From contig DAHVCP010000040.1 in assembly GCA_027314025.1 (NCBI GenBank), forward strand, positions 10,903-74,902: a stretch of 64,000 bases of DNA, given 5' to 3'. The DNA comes from Acidobacteriota bacterium. Lineage in GTDB: Bacteria; Acidobacteriota; Terriglobia; Terriglobales; SCQP01. Position 1 is the first letter of the stretch. Every line of letters begins with the position of its first letter. The position numbers and the translations under genes were made by a program. This document shows positions 1-9,413 of the stretch, piece after piece. The notes beneath the pieces are model-generated. The model had not been told where the DNA came from. It did no database searches and saw nothing but the letters and a program-made list of their open reading frames with translations.

Positions 1-159
1 AAGGCCGGACCGCGCGGGGATCGGCCATTTTCGCGGCTCGGAGCGATTTCACGTCGTCAGCGCCGTTCATCTCTCTGCGTTAACCGTGGTTCATGACCAT
101 TCTGGACTTGGCGGCCAAGCCGCCGGGCGGCGGGCCGCGTGCTGGGGTGCGGCCGGCGC

Positions 160-1557
160 ATGAGCCCATTCTCCAGCCGCGCCGAAACCGCCGCCGAGCG
201 GCCGCAGCGGTCGCTGGAAAACGCCTACGCCACGGTGGCGGTGCCGCCCCACGAAGCCGGATTTTGGCGCCATTGGTGGGCGTTCGTGGGGCCGGCGATT
301 CTAGTCAGCGTCGGCTACATGGACCCCGGCAACTGGGGCACCGACCTGGCCGGCGGGGCGCAGTATCACTACGGGCTGCTGTGGGTGGTGGGGCTGGCCA
401 GCCTGATGGCCATCGTGCTCCAGGTGATTTCGGCGCGGCTGGGCGTGGTGACGGGCAAGGACCTGGCGCAGTGCTGCCACGACTGGTATCCGAAATGGAC
501 GCGGATTCCCAACTGGCTGCTGGCGGAGGTCGCGGTCGGCGCCTGCGACCTGGCGGAGGTGCTGGGCAGCGCGGTGGCGCTGAACCTGCTGTTCCATATT
601 CCCCTGCTGTGGGCGGTGCTGATCACCGGGCTGGACGTTCTGCTTTTGCTGGCGATGCAGAACTTCGGGATGCGCACCATCGAGGCGGTGATTTTGCTTT
701 TGGTGGCGACCATCGCCGTTTGCTACTACATCGAGATTTTCGTCTTGCCGGAGACGCATCCCAGCTTCGCCGCCCTGGGAAAGGCGCTGTTCATTCCCAG
801 CCTGGGGCAGGTGGGCATGCTATACGTGGCGATCGGCATCATCGGCGCGACGGTGATGCCGCACAACTTGTATCTGCACTCCGCGCTGGTGCAGAGCCGG
901 CAACTGAAGCGCGACGACGGCTCGATGCGGCGGGCGATCCAGTTCAACACGCTGGATTCGGCCGTGGCGCTGACGATCGCGTTTTTCGTCAACGCGGCGA
1001 TTTTAGTGCTGGCGGCGATGGTGTTTTTCGGCCGCACCAGCGTGGCGGTGCCGGGCGGAGTGATTCATTTCGGCCCTGATAGCGACTGGATCCGCGTGGC
1101 GTACCTGACGCTGGCGCCGCTGCTGGGAACCGTCGGCGCCAGCACGCTGTTCGCGGTGGCGCTGCTGGCCAGCGGGCAGAGCAGCACGGTGACGGGCACG
1201 CTGGCCGGACAGGTGGTGATGGAAGGCTTCATGCACTGGCGCATCCAGCCGTGGCTGCGGCGGCTGATCACGCGCGTGCTGGCCATTCTGCCGGCGGTGT
1301 TTTTGATCGGCCTGCGCGGTGGCAGCAGCGTGACGGATCTGCTGAACCTCAGCCAGGTGGTGCTGGCGCTGCAACTGCCGTTCGCCATGTTCCCGCTGCT
1401 GCACTTCACCAGCTCCCGGCGGGTGATGGGCAAGTGGCGCAACGGGAAGTTTCTGCTGGCGGCCGGCTGGGCCAGCGCCGTCATCATCACCGGCATGGAC
1501 ATCTACGGGCTGCCGGATCTGCTGCGGACGGCGTGGGTGGTGGTCGCCGGACATTAG
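160..1557 (+). CDS. mntH: NRAMP-family divalent metal (Mn2+/Fe2+):H+ symporter
   Basis: ORF 139..1557. It carries the Nramp signature GYMDPGNWGTDLAGGAQYHYGLLWVV and about 11 hydrophobic spans. The first ATG at 160 (MSPFSS..) is taken as the start. Confidence 0.9.
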   Translation: MSPFSSRAETAAERPQRSLENAYATVAVPPHEAGFWRHWWAFVGPAILVSVGYMDPGNWGTDLAGGAQYHYGLLWVVGLASLMAIVLQVISARLGVVTGKDLAQCCHDWYPKWTRIPNWLLAEVAVGACDLAEVLGSAVALNLLFHIPLLWAVLITGLDVLLLLAMQNFGMRTIEAVILLLVATIAVCYYIEIFVLPETHPSFAALGKALFIPSLGQVGMLYVAIGIIGATVMPHNLYLHSALVQSRQLKRDDGSMRRAIQFNTLDSAVALTIAFFVNAAILVLAAMVFFGRTSVAVPGGVIHFGPDSDWIRVAYLTLAPLLGTVGASTLFAVALLASGQSSTVTGTLAGQVVMEGFMHWRIQPWLRRLITRVLAILPAVFLIGLRGGSSVTDLLNLSQVVLALQLPFAMFPLLHFTSSRRVMGKWRNGKFLLAAGWASAVIITGMDIYGLPDLLRTAWVVVAGH

Positions 1558-1737
1558 GCGCGCGCGGCCCCCGCGCCGAGGACGCCTTCCGCAGGCGCAT
1601 ACTGGTGGCCGGAAGCAGCCATTGGCGGGCGCGGGCCCGGGCCCGCCACGGGCGGGGCGCCCGGCGTTCCCAACCGGCGGGGCTGAGCCCCGCGTACGCG
1701 CCCGGCGGGCCGGACCGCTGCACGGAGCGGAGGAAAC

Positions 1738-2127
1738 ATGCGGATCGGCGAAGGCATTGGGACGGTGGCCAGCCAGCATACCGTCGCCGCGACGGTGGAG
1801 CGGCTGAAAAACCTGCTGCGCTCCCGGGGCGTGCAGCTGTTCGCGGTGATTGACCACGCGAGCGAAGCGGCCAAGGTCGGGCTGCGGATGCGTCCGGCGC
1901 AGCTGCTGATTTTTGGCAACCCGAAGGCGGGCACGCCGCTGATGATCGCCGCGCCGAGCCTCGCCCTGGACCTGCCGCTGAAGATTTTGGTCGCGGAGGA
2001 TGAACGCGGGCAGGTGCATTTGTCCTATAACCGGGCGGAGTATTTGGAAGCGCGGCACGGGCTGCCCGAGGAACTGGCGGCGGCGTTGGCGGTGGCCGCG
2101 TCGCTAGCGGCGCAGGCGGGCGAATAG
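1738..2127 (+). CDS. DUF302 domain protein
   Basis: 129-aa ORF with GGAGCGGAGGAAAC just upstream of ATG 1738. The pattern FAVIDHASEAAKVGL..LLIFGNPKAGTPLM..LDLPLKILV is typical of DUF302. Confidence 0.75.
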   Translation: MRIGEGIGTVASQHTVAATVERLKNLLRSRGVQLFAVIDHASEAAKVGLRMRPAQLLIFGNPKAGTPLMIAAPSLALDLPLKILVAEDERGQVHLSYNRAEYLEARHGLPEELAAALAVAASLAAQAGE

Positions 2128-2140
2128 CTCCGCGGCGGCA

Positions 2141-2292
2141 GTAGGGTAGCCGTCCTCGGCTGCCAACAGTTTGGATTGCCGTCCCGGCTGCCTAAACACC
2201 GCACCGGCGAGGCCGCCCATCCCCTTTCCTTCCACGGTGGGGTACGGTGGGGTATGCCTTCGGCTTGCGTACAGCCGCGCTGGGCGCGGCCG
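2141..2292. repeat. Mosaic intergenic hairpin repeat block (modules M3 + reverse M4)
   Basis: Contains gtagggtagccgtcctcggctgcc and ggggtatgccttcggcttgcgtacagccgcgctgggcgcggcc. The latter is the reverse complement of the gcgcccagcgcg..caagccggaggcatacccc module seen at 18263, 45591, 48161, 55497 and 55723. Confidence 0.8.
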
Positions 2293-2320
2293 GAGCGGCG
2301 CGGAAGCGGCAGGCGCTTGG

Positions 2321-4732
2321 TTATTCCACCCGCAGGGCGAGGGAGGGGGCGATGCGGACCGCGCGGCGGGCGGGCAGCCAGCAAGCGGCGGCGGCGACCA
2401 GCAATAAACCACCGGCGGCGGCGGCGTAGAGCAGCGGGCTGAAGGGGCTGACGCCGAACAGCAAGCTGCCCAGCACCCGGCTCAGCGCCAGCGCCGCGAC
2501 CACGCCGGCGGCCAGGCCCAGCACCACCGGCTGTAAGCCAGTTAGGAAGATTAGGCGGTAGAGGTCCGGCGCGCCGGCGCCGAGGGCCATGCGCAGGCCG
2601 ATTTCCGGCGAGCGGCGGGCGACGGAGTAGGAAACCACGCCATAAATGCCCAGGCAGACCAGCAGCAGCGCGGCAGCGGCGAACAGCACCACCAGCAGCA
2701 TTTGGAAGCGGCGTGGCGCGAGCGTGGCGGCGACGATTTGCCGCATGGAACGGAGGCTCTCGACCGGGATCGCCGGGTCAATGGTCCAGATGGCGCGGCG
2801 AAGTTCCGGGCCAATGGTGGCGGCGGGCAGATCGGTGCGGAGCACCAGCGATTCCTGGTTATTGCCGCCGTACCAGCGGTACACCACCAAGCCGGAGGAG
2901 AGCAGGCTGACGGCGTGCATATTGGCCACCACGCCGATGACGGTGTACAGGGGCGGGTTCCCGCCGCTGCGGCGAAACGTTTGCCCGATCGGATCCCGCT
3001 GGCCCCACGCGGCGCGGGCGGAGGCCGCGGAGACCAGCACGCGGTGATGGCCGGCGTCGGCGGCGGTGAGATTGCGGCCCGCGAGGATGGGAATCTTGAG
3101 GACTGAAAACAGGCTGGGGCTGATGCGCCGCCAGTTGGCCAGCGGCTGCTCGGTGATGGGCCGGGTATCGCCGGGAACGGTGATGGAATTGACGTCGTTA
3201 TTGCCGCCGAGCGGCAGCGTGTCAATCAGCGCGGCGCTGCGGACGCCGGGCAAGGCGCGGGCGGCGGCCAGCGCCTGGCGCCAGAATTCCTGGCGCTGCG
3301 CGCCGGTGTGGTAGCGCGTGGTCGGCAACTGGAGGCCCACGGTGAGCAGGTGCCGGACGGCGAAGCCCTTGCGGATGCCGGCGACGCGGAAAAAGCTGGC
3401 CAGAAGCAGGCCGGCGGCGACCAGCAACAGGATGCTGAGCGCGCTTTCCAGGCCGACCAGCCATTGCCGCGCGGAGCGGCGGGAGCGGCCCTCGCCGACG
3501 CGGGCGCCGGCGGAGTGCAAGGCGGTTTGCGGGTCGCTGCGAGCCAGCCGCCAGGCGGGCAGCAGGCCGGCCAGCAGGCCGGCGGCGATGGACAGCGCCA
3601 GCGTGAACAGCAGCACGGCGGAATCCAGATGGACGTTGTGCAGGCGCGGCAGGTTGAGGGGCGCGGCGGCGACCAGCGCGCGCAGGAGCCAATGCGCCAG
3701 CAAGAGACCGGCGGCGCCGCCCAGGATGGCCAAGAATAAAGTCTCCGACAAAACCTGGCCCAGCAAGCGGCGCTGGCTGGCGCCGAGGGCGGCGCGGATG
3801 GCCGCCTCATGCCGCCGGGCGGTGGAGCGGGCGAGGAGCAGGTTGGCCAGGTTGACGCAGATGATCAGCAGCACGGCCAGCACGGCGCCGAGCAGCAGCC
3901 ACAGCCCTTCCCGCGCGCCGCGCACCACTTGGTCGCGCAGCGGCGTGACCACGACGCGCAGGCCGGGAAAATCCTTCGATTGCTGCGCGACGCGGGCGGT
4001 TATGGCGTCGAGCTGGGCGCGGGCCTGGGCGACGGTGACGCCGGGCTTGAGGCGCGCGATGGCGGCCCAGTTGAAGTTGCCATCATCGTTGAGCTGGCTG
4101 GTGGTGAAGGTGTGCGGCACAAAGATTTCCGGCCGGTCGCCGAGGCCGATCAGCGGGCTGAGTTCATGGCCATGGAAAAAGTGAAGACGCGGCGGCAGCA
4201 CGCCAACCACGGTGTACAGACGCCCGCTCAGCTCGATGCCGCGGCCGATGATGCCGGGATCGCCATGAAAACGGCTGCGCCAGCAGGCGTAACTGAGAAT
4301 GGCTTGGCGCGGCTGGCCGGGCTGGCCCGCGTGGGGGGAGAAATTGCGGCCCAGCACGGGATGAACGCCGAAGACCGTAAATAGGTTGGCGGTGGCGGAG
4401 GGAACGTCCAGCAGCGCCGGCTGGCCGGCGCCGGTCAGGCTGCCTTGGCCGCCTTGCACCAGCGCCACGCCGGCGAGCAGCGTGGCGCCGCGCTTCCAGG
4501 CGGTGTAGGCCTTGGCGTTCGCCGGGATTTGCGGATATTTGAGCGACAACCGCGGAACGGATTCCTGAATCGCGATCAACCGTCCGGGATGAGGATACGC
4601 CAGCGGCTGGAGCAGCACGCCGTTGACGACGGAAAAAATCGTCGTGTTGGCGGCGAGGCCGATCGCCAAGGTCAAAATGGCCACCGCGGCGAGGCCGGGC
4701 TCGCGGCGCAGGAAGTGCAGGCCGGAACGCAT
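2321..4732 (-). CDS. MacB-like ABC transporter permease, duplicated FtsX type (ADOP family)
   Basis: 836-aa ORF 2321..4831. It has an N-terminal TM (AAVAILTLAIGLAANTTIFSVV) and two FtsX-type TM bundles, each preceded by a large periplasmic domain, the architecture of acidobacterial duplicated orphan permeases. The start is set at ATG 4732 (TAATAT lies 5 nt upstream) and is uncertain. Confidence 0.85.
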   Translation of the reverse strand: MRSGLHFLRREPGLAAVAILTLAIGLAANTTIFSVVNGVLLQPLAYPHPGRLIAIQESVPRLSLKYPQIPANAKAYTAWKRGATLLAGVALVQGGQGSLTGAGQPALLDVPSATANLFTVFGVHPVLGRNFSPHAGQPGQPRQAILSYACWRSRFHGDPGIIGRGIELSGRLYTVVGVLPPRLHFFHGHELSPLIGLGDRPEIFVPHTFTTSQLNDDGNFNWAAIARLKPGVTVAQARAQLDAITARVAQQSKDFPGLRVVVTPLRDQVVRGAREGLWLLLGAVLAVLLIICVNLANLLLARSTARRHEAAIRAALGASQRRLLGQVLSETLFLAILGGAAGLLLAHWLLRALVAAAPLNLPRLHNVHLDSAVLLFTLALSIAAGLLAGLLPAWRLARSDPQTALHSAGARVGEGRSRRSARQWLVGLESALSILLLVAAGLLLASFFRVAGIRKGFAVRHLLTVGLQLPTTRYHTGAQRQEFWRQALAAARALPGVRSAALIDTLPLGGNNDVNSITVPGDTRPITEQPLANWRRISPSLFSVLKIPILAGRNLTAADAGHHRVLVSAASARAAWGQRDPIGQTFRRSGGNPPLYTVIGVVANMHAVSLLSSGLVVYRWYGGNNQESLVLRTDLPAATIGPELRRAIWTIDPAIPVESLRSMRQIVAATLAPRRFQMLLVVLFAAAALLLVCLGIYGVVSYSVARRSPEIGLRMALGAGAPDLYRLIFLTGLQPVVLGLAAGVVAALALSRVLGSLLFGVSPFSPLLYAAAAGGLLLVAAAACWLPARRAVRIAPSLALRVE

Positions 4733-5037
4733 CAAGAATATTACGCGCCAGGGCGGGCGTTGTTCCTCGGCGACGAAGAATTTTTTGCGGCGGAGTAAAG
4801 TAGCGGCGAGGCGTACCTTGCAGCGGCGCAAAACTTCGCGGAGCGTTGGACCTGCGCTGCAACCCGTCGGTCCGGGCCCATTTGGCTCTCACCGGCGCTG
4901 ATTCATAGCCTAAGTTGCAGCGCCGGGAGTGCCTGTACCGGTGGCCAGGGACAGTATCTCGGTCCATAACACCTAATGCGGCATCGCCCGTCCCTGACGG
5001 CCTTATGATCGGTGCGTCCCCCCGACGGTGGGGACCG

Positions 5038-7785
5038 ATGTCAATTACCCTCAGCTCCCAACAGCAATTGGTCATCAACGACGCGAGCCCAAGGCTCCAG
5101 GTAATCGCCTGTGCCGGCTCGGGCAAAACTGAGGCCATGGCGCGCCGGGTCGTCCGGCTGCTGGCGTCGGGGGTGCCGCCTCACGCGGTCGCAGCCTTCA
5201 CATTCACCAAACGCGCCGCCGACAGCCTAAAGGCAAGGGTTTTGCTGCGCTACGAGGAGCAGCTTGGCGCCGCTGCCGCCCGGCGGGTGGGACCGCTGTT
5301 CATCGGAACGATTCATTCGTATTGTTTCCGTCTGTTACAGGAGCACGTTTCCCGGTATGGCGGCTATGACCTGCTCGACGACCACCGACTGGCGGCCCTG
5401 CTGAGCCGCGAGCATCACCGGCTCGGCCTCGGCGCCCTTGGGGATCGGTTTTGGGCGCCGCTGAGAGATTTCTTGCGAAACGTCGCCGCGGTGGAGAACG
5501 AACTCATCGCCGTGGACAAACTCTCACCTCCGTTCGCTGACTGCTATCGGAGGTTCGCGGAGACCCTCGACCGATATCATTTCCTTACCTATGGCAGGAT
5601 TATCACGGAAGCCGTGGAGGCGATGCAGCAACCTGCAGTGGCCGCAGCGGTGCGCGCGGAACTGCGGCATCTGATCGTTGACGAATACCAGGACGTAAAC
5701 GCGGCACAGGAGCACCTAATCGCGTTGCTGGCGGCAAAGCCGGTCGAGCTATGCGTGGTCGGGGACGACGACCAGGCTATCTACCAGTGGCGAGGTTCGG
5801 ACGTCCGCAACATCATCGGCTTCGCTAAGCGATATTCCGGCGCCGCGGAGGCTTCGCTCTCCGTGAACCGGCGGTCAGCTGCGGAGATTATCGGGGTAGC
5901 CGGGCATTTTGTCGAGAGCGTTCAGCCCCGGCTGGGGAAGCAGATTCGCGCCGGCCGGCCGAAGACCGGCTTCCCGCCGTATTTTTGGGCCGCGGAGACT
6001 CCGCAGGACGAAGCCGAGGCGATCGCGGATCACATCGCCCGGCTTCACAGCCAAGGCCGCCCGTACCGCGACGTCGCCGTGCTATTCCGCGCCGTGCGGA
6101 CCTCGGCGCCGCCGCTGCTTGAGGCGCTGGGTCGGCGTGGCATCCCCTTCAGTTGCGCCGGCAGGACGGGGCTTTTCTTGCAGCCGGAGGCTGAGCTGTT
6201 TGGCCATGCCTACGCATGGCTCTCTGACAACCGGTGGAGCGGCGGTGGCGCCGAGGGGGAGCGCCCCGTTTCCCTCGACGAACTGTTGTCCCTGTTCGGC
6301 TCCTGCTTCGAGCTTACCGGGGCCGCGCGCGCGGGCCTGCGCAAGCGCCTCAACGATTGGTTTGAGGCTGCCCACGACGACGGGGCCACGGCCAACCTGG
6401 TCGGGGACTACTACCGGCTGCTGAGGGCCCTCGGTGTCGCAGAGTGGAACCTGGACGACCCTGCGACCGCCGCCCGGATGGGAACGTTGGCGCGTTTCTC
6501 TCAGCTGCTCGCAGATTTTGAGCATGCCAGGCGTCGAGCGCGTCCGGTCGAGGAGGACGGCAAACAGATACAGCGCGGAGGCACGCGCGGCGGAAGGTGG
6601 TTGTACCGAAACCTGTTCAACTACATGAGGTTCTACGCCCGCGATGCATACGAGGATTTTCCCGGCGAGGACAATCCGACCGTAGATGCGGTCGACGTGT
6701 TGACGGTGCATCAGGCGAAGGGCCTGGAGTGGCCGGTGGTATTTGTCCCGTGCATGACCAAACGCCGCTTTCCCTCAACCATGTCGGGGCGAACGCAGCG
6801 CTGGCTCTTGCCGGATGCGGCGTTCCCGAAGGCGGTCCGTGAGCGATATGAGGGGAGCGAGACCGACGAGCGGCGGCTTTTCTATGTCGCCATGACGCGC
6901 GCTCGGGATGCACTGTATGTCTCCCACTTTCGCCGGATGAAGAACCGGACCGGGCCGTCCCCGTTCTTCGATGAATGCGCTGGGGGCAACACGGGAGCGG
7001 CTCCTCTGCCGCTGCCGCCGCGGAGGGAGCCCCTCAACGCGGAGGTTCCGCAGCTAAGCGTTTCCTACTCGGACCTCGCGGCCTACAGCGGGTGTCCGCT
7101 CAGCTACCGGATGCGCGCGCTGCTGGGCTTTCAGCCGCAACTCGCTGAGGAGATAGGTTACGGCCGGGCGGTGCATGGCATCCTGCGCCGCCTGGCTGAG
7201 GAAACCCGGGCAACCGGGAGGCCGCCGACGGAAGCGGATGCCGTGCGCGTGATCGACGCGGAGTTCTACCTTCCCTTCGCGAACCGCTCTCAGTTTGAGC
7301 AGATGAAGCGGTCGGCCGTCGCCCTGGTGCGGCAGTACCTTGCCCAATTTAGCTCCGATCTGCTGCGCACCTGGGATACGGAGCGTCCCTTCGACTTGCG
7401 GCTTCCGGGCGCTTCGATCCAGGGCAGGGCCGACGTAATCCTGGACCGTGAGGGCGGCACGCCGGGTTCGTTGGCGCTGGTGGATTACAAAACCGCTGGC
7501 GACTCGGGCGATGGGGACCTCTTCGCGTTCCAGCTCGCGATCTACGCCGCCGCGGCGCGAGACGAAGGTCTGGACGTGCGCGCGGCCTATTTGCACGAGC
7601 TGAGTCCGCGCTCCGCCACTCGGCGGAAGATTAGCGTGGATGGCGGCGAGATCCAGAAGGCAGTGGGTCGCGCCAGCGATCTCACGGCCAGGATTGCCAA
7701 TCGGCGATTTCCCCCGGCGGCCGAGAAGCAGCGCTGTGCCCGCTGCGATGTCCGCCCCCTTTGCCGCCACGGAGCGGCCGGCTAG
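5038..7785 (+). CDS. UvrD/Rep-type SF1 helicase fused to a C-terminal Cas4/AddB-type PD-(D/E)XK Fe-S nuclease
   Basis: Helicase motifs: ACAGSGKTEAM (Walker A), LIVDEYQDVN, VGDDDQAIYQWRG, LSVNRRS, TVHQAKGLEWPVVFV, FYVAMTRARDALYV. C-terminal nuclease: first Cys in YSGCPLSY, RADVILD..LVDYKT (D..DxK), QLAIYAAAA (QxxxY), then CARCDVRPLC (C-x2-C-x5-C). The start is taken at ATG 5038 (MSITLSS..). Confidence 0.85.
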   Translation: MSITLSSQQQLVINDASPRLQVIACAGSGKTEAMARRVVRLLASGVPPHAVAAFTFTKRAADSLKARVLLRYEEQLGAAAARRVGPLFIGTIHSYCFRLLQEHVSRYGGYDLLDDHRLAALLSREHHRLGLGALGDRFWAPLRDFLRNVAAVENELIAVDKLSPPFADCYRRFAETLDRYHFLTYGRIITEAVEAMQQPAVAAAVRAELRHLIVDEYQDVNAAQEHLIALLAAKPVELCVVGDDDQAIYQWRGSDVRNIIGFAKRYSGAAEASLSVNRRSAAEIIGVAGHFVESVQPRLGKQIRAGRPKTGFPPYFWAAETPQDEAEAIADHIARLHSQGRPYRDVAVLFRAVRTSAPPLLEALGRRGIPFSCAGRTGLFLQPEAELFGHAYAWLSDNRWSGGGAEGERPVSLDELLSLFGSCFELTGAARAGLRKRLNDWFEAAHDDGATANLVGDYYRLLRALGVAEWNLDDPATAARMGTLARFSQLLADFEHARRRARPVEEDGKQIQRGGTRGGRWLYRNLFNYMRFYARDAYEDFPGEDNPTVDAVDVLTVHQAKGLEWPVVFVPCMTKRRFPSTMSGRTQRWLLPDAAFPKAVRERYEGSETDERRLFYVAMTRARDALYVSHFRRMKNRTGPSPFFDECAGGNTGAAPLPLPPRREPLNAEVPQLSVSYSDLAAYSGCPLSYRMRALLGFQPQLAEEIGYGRAVHGILRRLAEETRATGRPPTEADAVRVIDAEFYLPFANRSQFEQMKRSAVALVRQYLAQFSSDLLRTWDTERPFDLRLPGASIQGRADVILDREGGTPGSLALVDYKTAGDSGDGDLFAFQLAIYAAAARDEGLDVRAAYLHELSPRSATRRKISVDGGEIQKAVGRASDLTARIANRRFPPAAEKQRCARCDVRPLCRHGAAG

Positions 7786-7799
7786 GGTCGAAGTGTGGT

Positions 7800-8140
7800 T
7801 GGCCGTGTGTCCACCCCGAGCCGCGGAGCCCGCCCCCCCTTTGGCCGTTGCAGCGCTTGTCGCCGCGCCCGACGCTGGGCCGACGGTGAAATCCGCCGCG
7901 CCGCCCAACGTCGCGCTGTGCGGACTGCCGCCGGCGTTGTCGGCGAAGTCGACGACGGCGGTGAAATCCCCGCCCGTGGCGGGATCAAATGTGACCGATA
8001 CCGCGCAGCTCCCGCCGGGGGCCACCGTTTGCCCCCTGTACCCGTTCGTTGGGGCCGGGCCGAAATCGGCGGCGTTGGCGCGCCTGCTGGCCACGGTGAC
8101 GTTGAGGCGAGAGGCGCTCCGGCGGTCGTTGCCGCGCCGC
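7800..8140 (-). pseudogene. Fragment of an Ig-like (choice-of-anchor-D / HYDIN-type) surface protein
   Basis: The minus-frame translation reads LNVTVAS..ADFGPAPTNGYRGQTVAPGGSCAVSVTFDPATGGDFTAVVDFADNAGGSPHSATLGGAADFTVGPASGAATSA. This fits the SC-x-V-x-F-x-P....SP....L-x-G pattern of such domains. There is no credible start, and the frame runs into the 3' end of the helicase gene. Confidence 0.35.
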
Positions 8141-8222
8141 GCGCGCCTGGCGGCGCTGCTGCCGGCCGCGGTTGCTCTGGCCCGCTTGTGGCGGGGGAGG
8201 GAGCGGCGGAGGCGGCGGGGGC

Positions 8223-8329
8223 GCCAAGGGCGGCCCCGGTACTCCGTCGGGCGGCTACGCACTGACGGTCCAAGGTTCGGCCGCGGCAGCGCCTCTCACT
8301 CCACCACCCTCACGCTCACCCTGAACTGA
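8223..8329 (+). pseudogene. C-terminal fragment of an Ig-like surface protein (frameshifted)
   Basis: One frame reads GGPGTPSGGYALTVQGSAA. The adjacent frame reads GSASHSTTLTLTLN followed by a stop. Together they look like the usual ..G-x-Y-x-LTV-x-G..SHSTT-x-TLTV terminus, broken by a 1-nt shift. Confidence 0.25.
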
Positions 8330-8745
8330 GGTCACGATGCTGCGGGAATGTCGGGCCCGACGCTCGGTCCCCTCCCCGCGGGGACAACCACCTCGCCGCT
8401 CGTTATCGCCGCCGCGGGCGCTATCGCTGCCGGCGTTGTGGAGCGAGTTCCTGCGCGATTACGGGGTTGGCGGCGCGGGAGGGCCGGCCTAGAGTGCCCG
8501 TATCTCCGGCGTGCACGCCTTCGCCCTCCTCGCCGCCGCGGGCCTGCCGAGTCGTCGCCTCGCTTTCGCTCGCCGCGGGGCACTGCCCCGGGAGGCCTCT
8601 CTTGCTCGGGCAAGCCGCGGCATTCTCTCGTGCGGCGTAGGCGCAAGGGGAATTTCGCGATCTTCCCGCGCCTGCTTTACCCCCCGGGCAAAACGCGCGG
8701 ACCCGCGAGCGGCGCCGAAGCATGAATGCCAGATCCACAGCGGGG

Positions 8746-8913
8746 TCAACCCCGCCCGCGCCGGCGGCCGGCAAGCAGCGAGAGCACGAAGAGGATCAGA
8801 AAAATGACGAAAAGAATCTTGGCGATGCCGACCGCCGCGGCGGTGATCAGGCCGAAGCCGAACAGGGCCGCGATGATGGCAATGATCAAGAACACAACCG
8901 CCCAATAGAGCAT
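8746..8913 (-). CDS. DUF1328 (UPF0391/YtjA-like) small membrane protein
   Basis: 55-aa product [58 protein letters not shown] at 8913 with GGAGAGGAG upstream. The longer ORF 8746..9168 is a GC-driven extension. Confidence 0.85.
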   Translation of the reverse strand: MLYWAVVFLIIAIIAALFGFGLITAAAVGIAKILFVIFLILFVLSLLAGRRRGRG

Positions 8914-9413
8914 GGCTCCTCTCCCACGGCGCCCCGGACCTCGGCGCAGAGCCGGTCCGCCCACTCTCCGGCGGACCGCATGGCGGCCGGCAGCGCGGCC
9001 CCGGCGGCGACTGACGGGCGCGGGCCCCAGCCCCGCTCGGGCCAGGGTGGCTCTCCACGCCGGCATCGCTCCCGGGCAAAAGCCGCGGCCCCCGGAAGTT
9101 AAGATGCCGCAGCCGCAAAACAGGATGCCGCGGTGCGACCGCTCCAGAAGCCGGCATGCGCACGGCAACCTGATTGACGCTCGCGGGGCCGCGCGACCGC
9201 CGCTTGGCGCGGAGCGGCGCCCGGCCCGCGCGCCTACAGCTGGACCGGCGCCGCGGCAGTTCCCTGGCCTGGGCGAGCCGAAGCCTGCGACTGCACGCCA
9301 TGGCAGAGCAGAGCACTTACCGGCCCCCTCCCCGCCCGCATTGCCCCAGGGGCAAACGGCGCGGCCCCGCCGCGCCGATCCTGGACCGGGCGGCGCCGCG
9401 AACCGCGAACCGC

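Noticed and set aside
93-1079. 328-aa ORF overlapping mntH in another frame
   Set aside because: Its translation is G/R/A-rich and low complexity. The mntH frame carries the Nramp signature.
1590-1620. SRP-RNA-like string ggtggccggaagcagccattgg
   Set aside because: It lacks the conserved GGAAGGAAGCAGCC/AGGTCAGGTCC symmetric-loop context, and the flanks cannot form helix 8. It is part of a repeat block.
8330-8745. ORFs 8348..8725 +, 8421..8774 - and 8489..9316 - in the gap between the Ig-like remnant and the DUF1328 gene
   Set aside because: The translations are Arg/Pro/Ala-rich, with no motifs, no RBS and mutually overlapping frames. I treat the region as non-coding or decayed.
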